Shown: in pieces, positions 55,362 to 64,000 of the stretch
Layout of the letters: the number at the start of each line of letters is the position of its first letter
How positions within the stretch are numbered: position 1 is the stretch's first letter
From: Clostridia bacterium
Lineage (GTDB): Bacteria > Bacillota > Clostridia > Christensenellales > UBA1242
Length of the DNA stretch: 64,000 nucleotides
NCBI GenBank assembly: GCA_017501645.1
Contig: JAFVWN010000037.1
Coordinates: 2,400-66,399 of the forward strand
Direction of reading: 5' to 3'
Program-made: the position numbers and the translations under genes
The notes under the pieces: generated by a model
Told to the model about the DNA's origin: nothing
Database searches by the model: none
What the model saw: the letters and a program-made list of their open reading frames with translations, nothing else

Positions 55362-58300
55362 TTATAAGTCATCATCAAAGTCGAAGATGCTTCCAGAATC
55401 GCTGACAAAGTCATTTTCTGGGTCATAAACTGTTTCGCCAAGGTCTTCAGCAGTGATTTCATCAAGGTCAACATCAATTTCTTCTTGCTCTTTCTTCTTC
55501 GCTGTCTTGAAGTCTAGAACATCTCTGTCATCTTCAACAATGTCTTTCAAGCCGATTTCTTGCTTGTCTTCAGTGAGAACCTTGATATCAAGAGCCAAGC
55601 CTTGAAGTTCTTTAATAAGAACCTTGAATGATTCAGGAATACCTGGTTCTGCAACATTCTCATTTTTAACAATAGATTCATAAGTTTTAAGTCTACCAAC
55701 GATATCGTCTGACTTAACAGTAAGCATTTCTTGAAGTGTAGATGCAGCACCATAAGCTTCAAGTGCCCACACTTCCATTTCACCAAATCTTTGACCACCA
55801 AATTGAGCTTTACCACCAAGAGGTTGTTGAGTAACTAATGAGTATGGTCCTGTTGAACGAGCGTGCATCTTATCGTCAACAAGATGGTGAAGTTTAAGCA
55901 TATACATATAACCAACAGTAGCTCTGTTTTCAAATGGCATACCTGTTCTTCCATCATAAAGTTGCATCTTACCATCAGTAGGTAAACCATTTTCTTCAAA
56001 TAATTGTTGGATTTCCTCTTCCTTAGCACCGTCAAATACAGGAGTTGCAACCTTCCAATCAAGAAGTTTAGCAACCATACCAAGGTGAGTTTCAAATAAC
56101 TGACCAATGTTCATACGAGATGGAACGCCTAGTGGGTTAAGAATGATTTGAACAGGAGTACCGTCTGGAAGGAATGGCATATCTTCTACTGGGAGAATTC
56201 TTGATACAACACCCTTGTTTCCGTGACGACCTGACATCTTGTCACCGACACTCATCTTTCTCTTTTGAGCTATATAAACACGAACAACTTTGTTAACACC
56301 AGTGCCAAGCTCGTCTTTGTTTTCACGAGAGAACACTTTAACATCAACAACGACACCACCCTCACCGTGTTGAACACGAAGAGATGTGTCTCTTACTTCT
56401 CTAGCTTTTTCACCAAAGATAGCACGAAGAAGTCTTTCTTCAGGAGTAAGCTCTGTTTCACCCTTAGGTGTAACTTTACCTACAAGGATATCGCCAGGAA
56501 CAACCTCTGCACCAATACGGATAATACCGTTTTCGTCAAGGTCGTGAAGAGCCTCGTCTCCAAGGTTTGGAATATCTCTTGTAATATCTTCTGGCCCGAG
56601 TTTTGTATCACGAGCATCAATTTCATATTCTTCAATGTGAACAGATGTAAGAACATCATCTCTTACAAGCTCTTCACTGATAAGGATAGCGTCTTCAAAA
56701 TTGTAACCTTCCCAAGGCATAAACGCAACAAGAATGTTCTTACCGATAGAAAGCTCACCATTCTTAGTTGCAGGGCCGTCAGCAAGGACATCACCCTTCT
56801 TAATCTTTTCACCGTGAGATACGATAGGTCTTTGTCTCATACAAGTACCGTTGTTTGAACGAACAAACTTTGTAAGTTTGTATTCTTCATCACCATTTTC
56901 GGTTTCAAGAACAACCTTGTCACCACTCACATACTTAACAACACCATCACTCTTAGCAACTTGCATAACACCACTATCAACAGCAATCTTATGCTCAACA
57001 CCAGTAGCAACGATAGGACTTTCAGTCTTAAGAAGTGGAACAGCCTGTCTCTGCATGTTTGACGCAAGCATCGCACGAGTTGCATTATCGTTTTCAATAA
57101 ATGGAATAAGAGTTGTCGCAATAGATACAAGTTCCTTTGGAGATACATCCATATAGTCAACTTGCTCTCTTGGAAGCTCTTCGATTTCGCCGACTTTTCT
57201 ACAAGTAACTTTTTCGTTAACGAATGTTCCTTCTGGAGTTAATGGTTCGTTAGCTTGAGCTACTACATAATTTTCTTCAGTGTTAGCTGTCATATATTCA
57301 ATCTTATCAGTAACCTTTCCTGTTGCCTTGTCAACCTTTCTGTAAGGAGCTTCAAGGAAACCATATTTGTTAACTTTTGCATAAGTTGCAAGAGAGTTGA
57401 TAAGACCAATGTTTTGTCCTTCAGGAGTTTCGTTAGGACAGAGACGGCCATAGTGAGTGTTGTGTACATCACGCACTTCAAATCCGGCTCTTTCACGAGT
57501 AAGAGCACCAGGTCCAATAGATGAAACTTTTCTCTTGTGAGTAAGAGAAGCGATAGGGTTTGTTTGTTCCATAAATTGAGACATTTGTGAAGAACCAAAG
57601 AATTCACGAATTGCTGCAGATACAGGTCTTACATTAATAAGTGAACTTGGGCTAACTTCACTAACATTTTGAACTTGCATTCTTTCACTAATAACTCTTT
57701 CAAGTCTTGCCATACCAATAAAGAATTGAGCAGTTAGAAGTTCACCAACTGTCTTAATTCTACGGTTGCCAAGGTGGTCAACATCATCAAGTCCACCAAG
57801 ACCCTCAGCAATAGATAAGTGATAGTTAACTGAAGAAATGATGTCATCAAACACCATATTTCTTCCGCAAAGGATATCACGGTTAGCAATAATGGCTTGA
57901 GCTTTAGCATCTTTAGTTTTGCAATCTTTGATAATTTCAAGAAGTGTTGGAAGGTGAACTAAGTCATCAATTTCAGCTTCTGGTGGATTAATTCCAAGAT
58001 AAGCTTTAAGGTCAACTCTGTTGTTACCAAGAAGAGCAAATGGACCTTTGCTTCCTTCAACAACAACTCTGTTGATACCAGCATTTTGAATCTTCCAAGC
58101 AAGCTCTTCACTTACAACTTCACCAGCAACAGCAAGTACATTGCCATCTAAAACAACATCTTCAGCAAGAGTTCTGTTTTTGATTCTGTTTGCAATTGAA
58201 AGTTTTTGGTTATATTTATATCTACCTACGATAGAAACATCATATCTTCTTGTAGAGTAGAACATTTTTTCCAAGTTCTTCTTAATAGCTTTGAGGTTAA

Positions 58301-59093
58301 GAACTTCACCTGGACGAAGTCTTTTAGACATTTCAACTAAAGCTTCATCTTCACTCTTAGTGTAGTCTTTCTCAATAGTCTTTTGAATAGTTGGGTTATT
58401 TTCAAATGCTTCAAGAAGGGCCTCGTCTGTTCCAAGACCAAGAGCTCTAAGGAAAATAGTACCAATCATCTTACGGTTACGGTCAACATGCACCCATAAA
58501 ATACCATTTGTATCTTCTTCAAAATCAATCCAAGCACCACGGTGTGGCATAATTGAAGTTGTTGTTACAAATGCTCCCGCTTTGTTAAGACCTTGTTTGC
58601 AGTAAACACCAGGACTTCTTACAAGCTGACTTACGACAGCTCTTTCAGCACCATTGATAATGAAAGAACCATTATCAGTCATCATAGGAATATCACCCAT
58701 AAATACTTCTTGGTCTACTACTTCACCTGTTTCTTTATAAACAAGTCTTACTTTTACTTTTAATGGAAGCGCATAAGTTGCGTCTCTACTCTTACACTCT
58801 TCTTGGCTATACTTAGCTTCACCAGAAACTGAGTGATCGAGGAAATGAAGTTCAACTCTTGAATCCTTATTCTCTTCTCTTCCATCACCACGGTTTAAGT
58901 TATCAGTATCAGAAATTGGAGAAAAGTCTCTCAAAACATCTCTAATACCTTTAGTTAAGAAGTTGTTGAAAGAGTCTTTTTGAACCTCAACAAGATAAGG
59001 AATGTCTAAAACTTCCTCAATCTTACCGAACTTATATCTTTCTTGCTTACCATATTTTACTTTTTTTATGTTAATCTTTTTAGAGTTTCCCAT
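55362..59093 (-). CDS. rpoB: DNA-directed RNA polymerase subunit beta
   Basis: Conserved blocks include [25 protein letters not shown] (Rif cluster I), [10 protein letters not shown] and [13 protein letters not shown]. Start set at ATG 59093 after the GGGAGGGG RBS. Confidence 0.97.
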   Translation of the reverse strand: MGNSKKINIKKVKYGKQERYKFGKIEEVLDIPYLVEVQKDSFNNFLTKGIRDVLRDFSPISDTDNLNRGDGREENKDSRVELHFLDHSVSGEAKYSQEECKSRDATYALPLKVKVRLVYKETGEVVDQEVFMGDIPMMTDNGSFIINGAERAVVSQLVRSPGVYCKQGLNKAGAFVTTTSIMPHRGAWIDFEEDTNGILWVHVDRNRKMIGTIFLRALGLGTDEALLEAFENNPTIQKTIEKDYTKSEDEALVEMSKRLRPGEVLNLKAIKKNLEKMFYSTRRYDVSIVGRYKYNQKLSIANRIKNRTLAEDVVLDGNVLAVAGEVVSEELAWKIQNAGINRVVVEGSKGPFALLGNNRVDLKAYLGINPPEAEIDDLVHLPTLLEIIKDCKTKDAKAQAIIANRDILCGRNMVFDDIISSVNYHLSIAEGLGGLDDVDHLGNRRIKTVGELLTAQFFIGMARLERVISERMQVQNVSEVSPSSLINVRPVSAAIREFFGSSQMSQFMEQTNPIASLTHKRKVSSIGPGALTRERAGFEVRDVHNTHYGRLCPNETPEGQNIGLINSLATYAKVNKYGFLEAPYRKVDKATGKVTDKIEYMTANTEENYVVAQANEPLTPEGTFVNEKVTCRKVGEIEELPREQVDYMDVSPKELVSIATTLIPFIENDNATRAMLASNMQRQAVPLLKTESPIVATGVEHKIAVDSGVMQVAKSDGVVKYVSGDKVVLETENGDEEYKLTKFVRSNNGTCMRQRPIVSHGEKIKKGDVLADGPATKNGELSIGKNILVAFMPWEGYNFEDAILISEELVRDDVLTSVHIEEYEIDARDTKLGPEDITRDIPNLGDEALHDLDENGIIRIGAEVVPGDILVGKVTPKGETELTPEERLLRAIFGEKAREVRDTSLRVQHGEGGVVVDVKVFSRENKDELGTGVNKVVRVYIAQKRKMSVGDKMSGRHGNKGVVSRILPVEDMPFLPDGTPVQIILNPLGVPSRMNIGQLFETHLGMVAKLLDWKVATPVFDGAKEEEIQQLFEENGLPTDGKMQLYDGRTGMPFENRATVGYMYMLKLHHLVDDKMHARSTGPYSLVTQQPLGGKAQFGGQRFGEMEVWALEAYGAASTLQEMLTVKSDDIVGRLKTYESIVKNENVAEPGIPESFKVLIKELQGLALDIKVLTEDKQEIGLKDIVEDDRDVLDFKTAKKKEQEEIDVDLDEITAEDLGETVYDPENDFVSDSGSIFDFDDDL

Positions 59094-59358
59094 AACCCCT
59101 CCCAAAGGCAATAATTATGATTAATATGTATGATGATTATTGTAATTATCAAATATTTAAAAGACATTTGGCTTTGTATGGCGAAATATTAAAGTATAGT
59201 TTCTTTTAAAGACACAAAAAGAACCAGAGTTAAAATTTTTAACCCAAGTTCCTCTATAAAAAAATCTTTAAAAAATCTTAACCAACCTTATCTCTACCTC
59301 AAACCCTTACCAAAAAAATAGTGATAATTTGCGATAATACTTCATAGTAAACTACAAT

Positions 59359-59387
59359 ATAATACCACTACCCCTTGTCAATGTCAA
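59359..59387 (-). promoter_or_regulatory. candidate sigma-70 promoter for rpoBC
   Basis: Minus strand: TTGACA (first of a TTGACATTGACA tandem), a 17-nt spacer, then TATTAT. This implies a leader of about 250 nt. Confidence 0.35.
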
Positions 59388-59647
59388 TAATTTCAAAAAA
59401 ACTTTTTAAAAATATTTGACAAATGACTATGAAATAGTATACATTGACATATATTTTGCCTTTTTTAATAAAAATTTTGAGACAGCATCCTTTCGTGCTG
59501 TCATTTTTTGTCTTTTTTCTATATTTTTCGACCCTTTTCCCCTGAGCACCCCACTTGTTTTTCCTTCGTTATAAAAAAGTGGGTATTGACTTTAAACAAT
59601 ATTTGTAATAAAATGTAAAAACAACTTATAAAAGGAAGTAAAAACAA

Positions 59648-60229
59648 ATGAGTTTTAGATTAACTTTAATTTCTCACAAAGAAAAATTATCTCCAAAAGA
59701 TGAACAGTACATAATTAATGGTCTAAGAAGCGGAAAACTTCACAGTAACGAAGTTATGTCTTATGTTGATTATCCAACAACTGCAATTCTTGAAACTCTT
59801 TATGAATTATGTAATAATCAAAATGACATCAATAGAGTTGTAGCATTTACACCATACAGAGCAATAAAACAAATCAATAATGTTTCTTATGTCCAAGATT
59901 TAATTAGAAGCAATTATGATAACTTTGACAGAATCAATTTCGATAAATTTAGAACAAACGAAAGAATTCTTGATTATGCAAAAATCTTACAAACATACGA
60001 AGCTGCTCTTTCGTACACTGTGTCTTGTTTAACAAAAGAAGAGTATTCTCCTCTTACTAAAGATGAAAAAGAGGAACTTGATACCTGCAGATACATTTTA
60101 CACGATATGCAAGACAGTTTTGACACTGCAAATTTACTTCTTAGCGGAAGGCTTGACCCAAAAACTATTAACCTTGGCAAAGACAAGAAAACTGAATCTA
60201 CTGAAGATAGCGAACCAGAGAGTTTATAG
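59648..60229 (+). CDS. hypothetical protein
   Basis: 193 aa ORF with RBS AAGGAAG. No motif recognised. Confidence 0.5.
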   Translation: MSFRLTLISHKEKLSPKDEQYIINGLRSGKLHSNEVMSYVDYPTTAILETLYELCNNQNDINRVVAFTPYRAIKQINNVSYVQDLIRSNYDNFDRINFDKFRTNERILDYAKILQTYEAALSYTVSCLTKEEYSPLTKDEKEELDTCRYILHDMQDSFDTANLLLSGRLDPKTINLGKDKKTESTEDSEPESL

Positions 60230-60464
60230 AAAATAAAGCAGGTTTATAAAAATGTAAACTTGCTTTTTTGTTGCATAATATTATTTTTTTACAATAAAAA
60301 TTTCTTTTTTCTTTCTTCCCTCCTCCCCTAAAAAAGCCCATAGTTACTAACAAAATCATTGTTGTTTTGTCAAAATTTGTAAATTTGAAAAAATTCAATA
60401 TTGACGAACACAAAAAACCGTGATAGAATATAAAAACCGAGTGATTTTTTAGGGAGGTGAGTCT

Positions 60465-60914
60465 ATGAAGAAATTTGCTTGTATCATAGCTTTAATCCTA
60501 GTAGCAATACCAATGCTCTGCTTTGCTGGTTGTAAAAATAAAGATACAGCAGAAGCTATTGTTAACAGAACTTATTATGTAACTAAAGTTGTAAAAGACG
60601 GGCAAAACATTTCTTCCACCGCAACTAAGAAACATATGAGAATTGTTTTTATGGAAGACAATTTTAAGATTGAACTTGGAGACGCTGTTGACACATCATC
60701 TTATGGTTACTACTATGGAACATATAAAATTAAAGAAAATAATATCACTTTAAAAACAACAAAATACGGCGGTATTCTTTATAACGCAACTACAGATAAG
60801 TCAAAAGGCGACTTTGTATTAAAAGAACTCCGTTTTAAAAACGGTAAACTTTTCACAGAGTTTATCAACAACCACTGTATTTTACAATACACTCTTGAAT
60901 TAAAAAACAAGTAA
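60465..60914 (+). CDS. lipoprotein, unknown function
   Basis: Signal peptide with lipobox CFAGC and RBS GGGAGGTG. A hairpin ATCATAGCA...TGCTATGAT terminator follows. Confidence 0.6.
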   Translation: MKKFACIIALILVAIPMLCFAGCKNKDTAEAIVNRTYYVTKVVKDGQNISSTATKKHMRIVFMEDNFKIELGDAVDTSSYGYYYGTYKIKENNITLKTTKYGGILYNATTDKSKGDFVLKELRFKNGKLFTEFINNHCILQYTLELKNK

Positions 60915-60952
60915 AATAAAAATCATAGCAGAAATTTGCTATGATTTTTTTG

Positions 60953-61642
60953 TTATTTCACTTCGTAAAAATTACTTTGTATTTTTCCATATTTTAAAAT
61001 TTGCTTAACTGCTGTTTCTGTGTTTTCTCTAATAAAGCTCAAAACATCAGGGTTAACTATTTTTAAGCCATATTTTTCCATTATTGTCATAAGGTTAAGG
61101 TCAAGCGGAAGAGAAAACTCAACAACACCTTTATTTTCTCCATCTTCTTGATTGCCAATATCTGTTCTTTTAAAAACAACAATTAGACTTACTGAATACA
61201 TATAATTGCTTGTGTAAAGTGCACACTCAAAAGCATCATAAGAATACTCAAGTTTATCAATAACAAAACCCTTTTCAGTAAATGTCATATCCACAACGCC
61301 CAATTCATCTCCACGAGGAAGAACATACTCAAGCTCTGGATTTTTCAAAAGATCAGTTTCAAAGAATTTTTTCATTTTTGCAAGGTTGTGTTCCACATCT
61401 TTTTTTGCAACATATGGAAGCAAACACACAACAGTTATTGCACCCGCCACCAACAAACCAATCAAAATCATTCCTGCAATAAAGAATCCCAGTCCTTTTA
61501 ATCCTAAGAATAACACCGCAAGCAAGAAGCCTAGCACTGCAAAAGCCCCCATACTTGGCAAAACTATATAGTTATAAACAAACCTAGCTTTTGAAACATT
61601 TGCTTTCGCAAATCTAAGGTTTTCTTTGTAATTTTCAAACAT
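60953..61642 (-). CDS. membrane protein, unknown function
   Basis: 229 aa with two N-terminal TM segments. The 8-bp gap to relA suggests co-transcription. Confidence 0.5.
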   Translation of the reverse strand: MFENYKENLRFAKANVSKARFVYNYIVLPSMGAFAVLGFLLAVLFLGLKGLGFFIAGMILIGLLVAGAITVVCLLPYVAKKDVEHNLAKMKKFFETDLLKNPELEYVLPRGDELGVVDMTFTEKGFVIDKLEYSYDAFECALYTSNYMYSVSLIVVFKRTDIGNQEDGENKGVVEFSLPLDLNLMTIMEKYGLKIVNPDVLSFIRENTETAVKQILKYGKIQSNFYEVK

Positions 61643-61650
61643 ATAAACTC

Positions 61651-63807
61651 CTACCTATAAACATCATAAACTTCGTTCATAGACCTAATTTTATTAAGAA
61701 TTTCATTAAGTTCCTTTCTTGACTTAATACGAACACCAATGTCAATAAATGCATCTTCTCCCTTGTGATTTTTATCAAGAGATAAGAATGTTATGTCAAT
61801 TTTGTTTTCTGCAATTTTATTAGAAATAGTGTTAAGCACCCCGAGCGTGTTTTTTGCAACAACTTTAAATGTTGCATTATAAAACTCGTTAGAGCTTTCT
61901 TCATTCCATTCAGTTTTTATTATTCTGTCAGCTTCTAAGAAATCAAGATATGAGCAATCTTTTCTGTGTACTGTTACACCTTTTCCTCTTGAAACATAAC
62001 CAACAATCTCATCACCAGGAATTGGGTTACAGCACTTTGCAAACTTTTTAAGCAAATCACTATGTCCGCCAATTATTACACCTTCGTGAGGCTTGTTAAC
62101 TTTATCCGCATAAGTTTTTCTTTCTTTTTGAGCTTTTGATTTTATTTTTGCAATAAATTTACTTAAGGCTTGCGCAGAAGTTAACCCACCGTAACCAACC
62201 ATTGCATAAATTTCTTCAACGCTGTTAAGATGATACTTTTCTTGCATTTCAACAATGCTTTCTTTGTCTTCAAAAAGTTTGGCAAGAGTGAATCCATTTC
62301 TTTTTGCATAATCTTCAAGCATATCTTTACCAATCTTGATGTTTTCTTCTTTTCTTTCCTTTTTGAAGAACGCCCTTATTTTGTTTGTTGCCTCTTTACT
62401 TTTTACAATCTTTAGCCAGTCTCTTGATGGGCATCTTGAAGAAGATGTCATAATCTCAACAACATCACCAGTTTGAAGTTCTGTTGTGATTGGAACCATC
62501 TTGTCGTTTACTTTTGCTCCAACACACTTATTACCAAGATTTGTGTGAATGTTATAAGCAAAATCCAATGGAATAGAACCAACCGGAAGTTCTACTACAT
62601 TTAGAGTTGGAGTAAACACAAAGATTTTACCAGCATAAAATCCAGTTTTTACAATTTGTAAAAATTCATCAACCTCTGTTTCTTGAGCAACACTATTTGA
62701 TGAAGCAGACTCTTGACTTTTCATATTGAAAAGAGCGCTGTTTCCAACTTGCTTTGTTGCTTTTGAGCCACTTTCTTTATACATCCAGTGAGCCGCCATA
62801 CCATACTCACAAAAAATATGCATTTCTTCTGTTCTAATTTGAATTTCAAAAGGAATTGCCCCTTCTGGAGTTGGGTATAAAACAGTTGTGTGCAAAGACC
62901 TATATAAATTCTTCTTTGGCTGAGCAATATAGTCCTTTATTCTTCCGTCAACAGGCTTCCAAATATTATGGACAGCCCCAAGCATTGTGTAACAGTCTTT
63001 AATTTCTTTAACAATGATACGATTTGCAATAATATCAAAGATGTTTTCCCTACCCTTAGTGTTTGTCTTTTTGTAAACACCAAAAGTACTTTTTACTCTG
63101 CTTTGCAATCTTGCATCAATGCCGTGTTCTTTTGCAATTTCTTTAATTTTTGCCTTTATTTGTTCAACAATGCTTACACTTTCCCTGTATCTTTCTTCAA
63201 GGTACTTAGAAGTCTCCTCAAAATCCTCAGGGAAAATGTATTTAAAACTCAAATCTTCAAGAGTATGTTTAAGTTGGTTCATTCCAAGTCTTTCAGCAAG
63301 AGGAACATAAATATCCATTGTTTCTTTTGCTATTTTTAATTGATTTTCACGAGACTTAATATCAAGCGTTCTCATATTATGAAGTCTGTCTGCAAGCTTA
63401 ACGAAAGCAACTCTTGCATCTTTGCTCATAGTAAGGAACATCTTACGAAGATTTTCATTTTCTTCTAAGTGTTGTCTTCTTGAATGCTTGATAGGCTCTA
63501 TCTTAGACGCCCCAAGACAAATGTTGAAAATAACAGAGCCAAAGTTGTCTTTAATTTCTTTTTCAGTACAGTCAGTATCTTCCAAGCAATCGTGCAAAAG
63601 TCCACTTACAACAGATGGCAAATCTGCCCTAAACCCCACCAAAATTTTTGCAACATTATATGGGTGAATTATATAATCTTCACCAGTGTCTCTTTTTTGC
63701 CCTGCGTGTTTAGTTTTAGCAAACTCAAAGGCCTTTTCTATGAGCAAAGCCCCTTCTTTTCCATAGAGGCTTGCTATTTCTTCTCTAAATTCTTGTTCCA
63801 TTACCAT
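61651..63807 (-). CDS. relA: bifunctional (p)ppGpp synthetase/hydrolase (long RSH)
   Basis: HD hydrolase domain (HDCLEDT, KLADRLHNMRTL), synthetase domain (RIKDYIAQPKKNLYRSLHTTV, EIQIRT), then TGS and ACT regions. Start set at MVMEQE (63807). Confidence 0.9.
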   Translation of the reverse strand: MVMEQEFREEIASLYGKEGALLIEKAFEFAKTKHAGQKRDTGEDYIIHPYNVAKILVGFRADLPSVVSGLLHDCLEDTDCTEKEIKDNFGSVIFNICLGASKIEPIKHSRRQHLEENENLRKMFLTMSKDARVAFVKLADRLHNMRTLDIKSRENQLKIAKETMDIYVPLAERLGMNQLKHTLEDLSFKYIFPEDFEETSKYLEERYRESVSIVEQIKAKIKEIAKEHGIDARLQSRVKSTFGVYKKTNTKGRENIFDIIANRIIVKEIKDCYTMLGAVHNIWKPVDGRIKDYIAQPKKNLYRSLHTTVLYPTPEGAIPFEIQIRTEEMHIFCEYGMAAHWMYKESGSKATKQVGNSALFNMKSQESASSNSVAQETEVDEFLQIVKTGFYAGKIFVFTPTLNVVELPVGSIPLDFAYNIHTNLGNKCVGAKVNDKMVPITTELQTGDVVEIMTSSSRCPSRDWLKIVKSKEATNKIRAFFKKERKEENIKIGKDMLEDYAKRNGFTLAKLFEDKESIVEMQEKYHLNSVEEIYAMVGYGGLTSAQALSKFIAKIKSKAQKERKTYADKVNKPHEGVIIGGHSDLLKKFAKCCNPIPGDEIVGYVSRGKGVTVHRKDCSYLDFLEADRIIKTEWNEESSNEFYNATFKVVAKNTLGVLNTISNKIAENKIDITFLSLDKNHKGEDAFIDIGVRIKSRKELNEILNKIRSMNEVYDVYR

Positions 63808-63811
63808 AGCA

Positions 63812-64000
63812 TTAACCCTCAATTTTATATTCTTTCAGTTTCCTTTCAATTTCATCAACAACTCTCTGTTGCGAAGCAGTAAATCCCCTAACTTTCTTTA
63901 AGTGGTCAAGGATAATATAAGTATCATCAATTGTCTTTTTAATCTTCTTTTCTGTACAACCGTGAAGAGTACTAACATTGTCTAGCCTATCGCAAAGTTT
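63812..64000 (-). CDS. C-terminal part of a stand-alone HD-domain protein resembling the RSH hydrolase domain (gene runs off the window end)
   Basis: My translation of the reverse strand gives ...KLCDRLDNVSTLHGCTEKKIKKTIDDTYIILDHLKKVRGFTASQQRVVDEIERKLKEYKIEG*. Compare relA KLADRLHNMRTLDIKSRENQLKIAKETMDIYVPLAERLG. The stop is at 63814-63812. Confidence 0.4.
   Translation of the reverse strand, partial: KLCDRLDNVSTLHGCTEKKIKKTIDDTYIILDHLKKVRGFTASQQRVVDEIERKLKEYKIEG

Noticed and set aside
51926-59111. Many 60-197-aa ORFs on both strands inside rpoB and rpoC (for example 56265..56858 +, 57290..57607 -)
   Set aside because: They are embedded in strongly conserved coding sequence in other frames. 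Their composition is low-complexity Leu/Lys/Ser/Phe-rich, typical of off-frame AT-rich DNA.
59416-59509. Orphan hairpin + T-run (GACAGCA...TGCTGTC, 59481-59509, plus strand) preceded by TTGACA boxes, considered as a possible small RNA between rpoB and the divergent gene
   Set aside because: The candidate -10 elements (TATACA, AATAAA) are poor, and any transcript would be about 60 nt or less. It is not supportable without transcript data.

Overview
AT-rich bacterial chromosome segment. Gene content and order suggest a low-GC Bacillota-like organism, which is inference. Most genes are ordinary core genes, largely on the minus strand: rpoB-rpoC, relA/spoT-type RSH, gltX, malQ, tex, mgtE, cls, asd, a P-type ATPase, an ADH/ALDH pair and a fused thyX. 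Three accessory regions stand out. (1) 20.84-23.58 kb, beside the tRNA-Ala/tRNA-Ile locus, holds a tightly coupled three-gene operon. It encodes an FtsK-gamma-like wHTH protein, a minimal non-transporter ABC/SMC-type ATPase and a WYL (BrxR/CapW-like) regulator. I cannot assign it to any named system, and it is my best candidate for something undescribed. (2) 34005-45138 is an 11.1-kb island inserted in the 3' end of tRNA-Arg(CCT), bounded by perfect 47-bp direct repeats. It carries an HTH + Dcm + GHKL/MORC-like ATPase + Z1-like P-loop ATPase + PD-(D/E)XK-like cluster, which is a predicted but to my knowledge biochemically uncharacterised R-M-type system. It also carries a dense GGTATCAC motif array, an N-terminally truncated integrase, and a small toxin-like ORF followed by a DUF4417 protein. 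(3) Three of the four tRNA genes carry extra copies of their own 3' ends. tRNA-Asn is followed by three 83-84-bp tandem units. tRNA-Ile is followed by a duplicated module with a conserved 36-nt core and covarying hairpins. tRNA-Arg is the island att site. No CRISPR array, rRNA or reverse transcriptase was seen. All family assignments come from motif recognition by eye, with no searches run.
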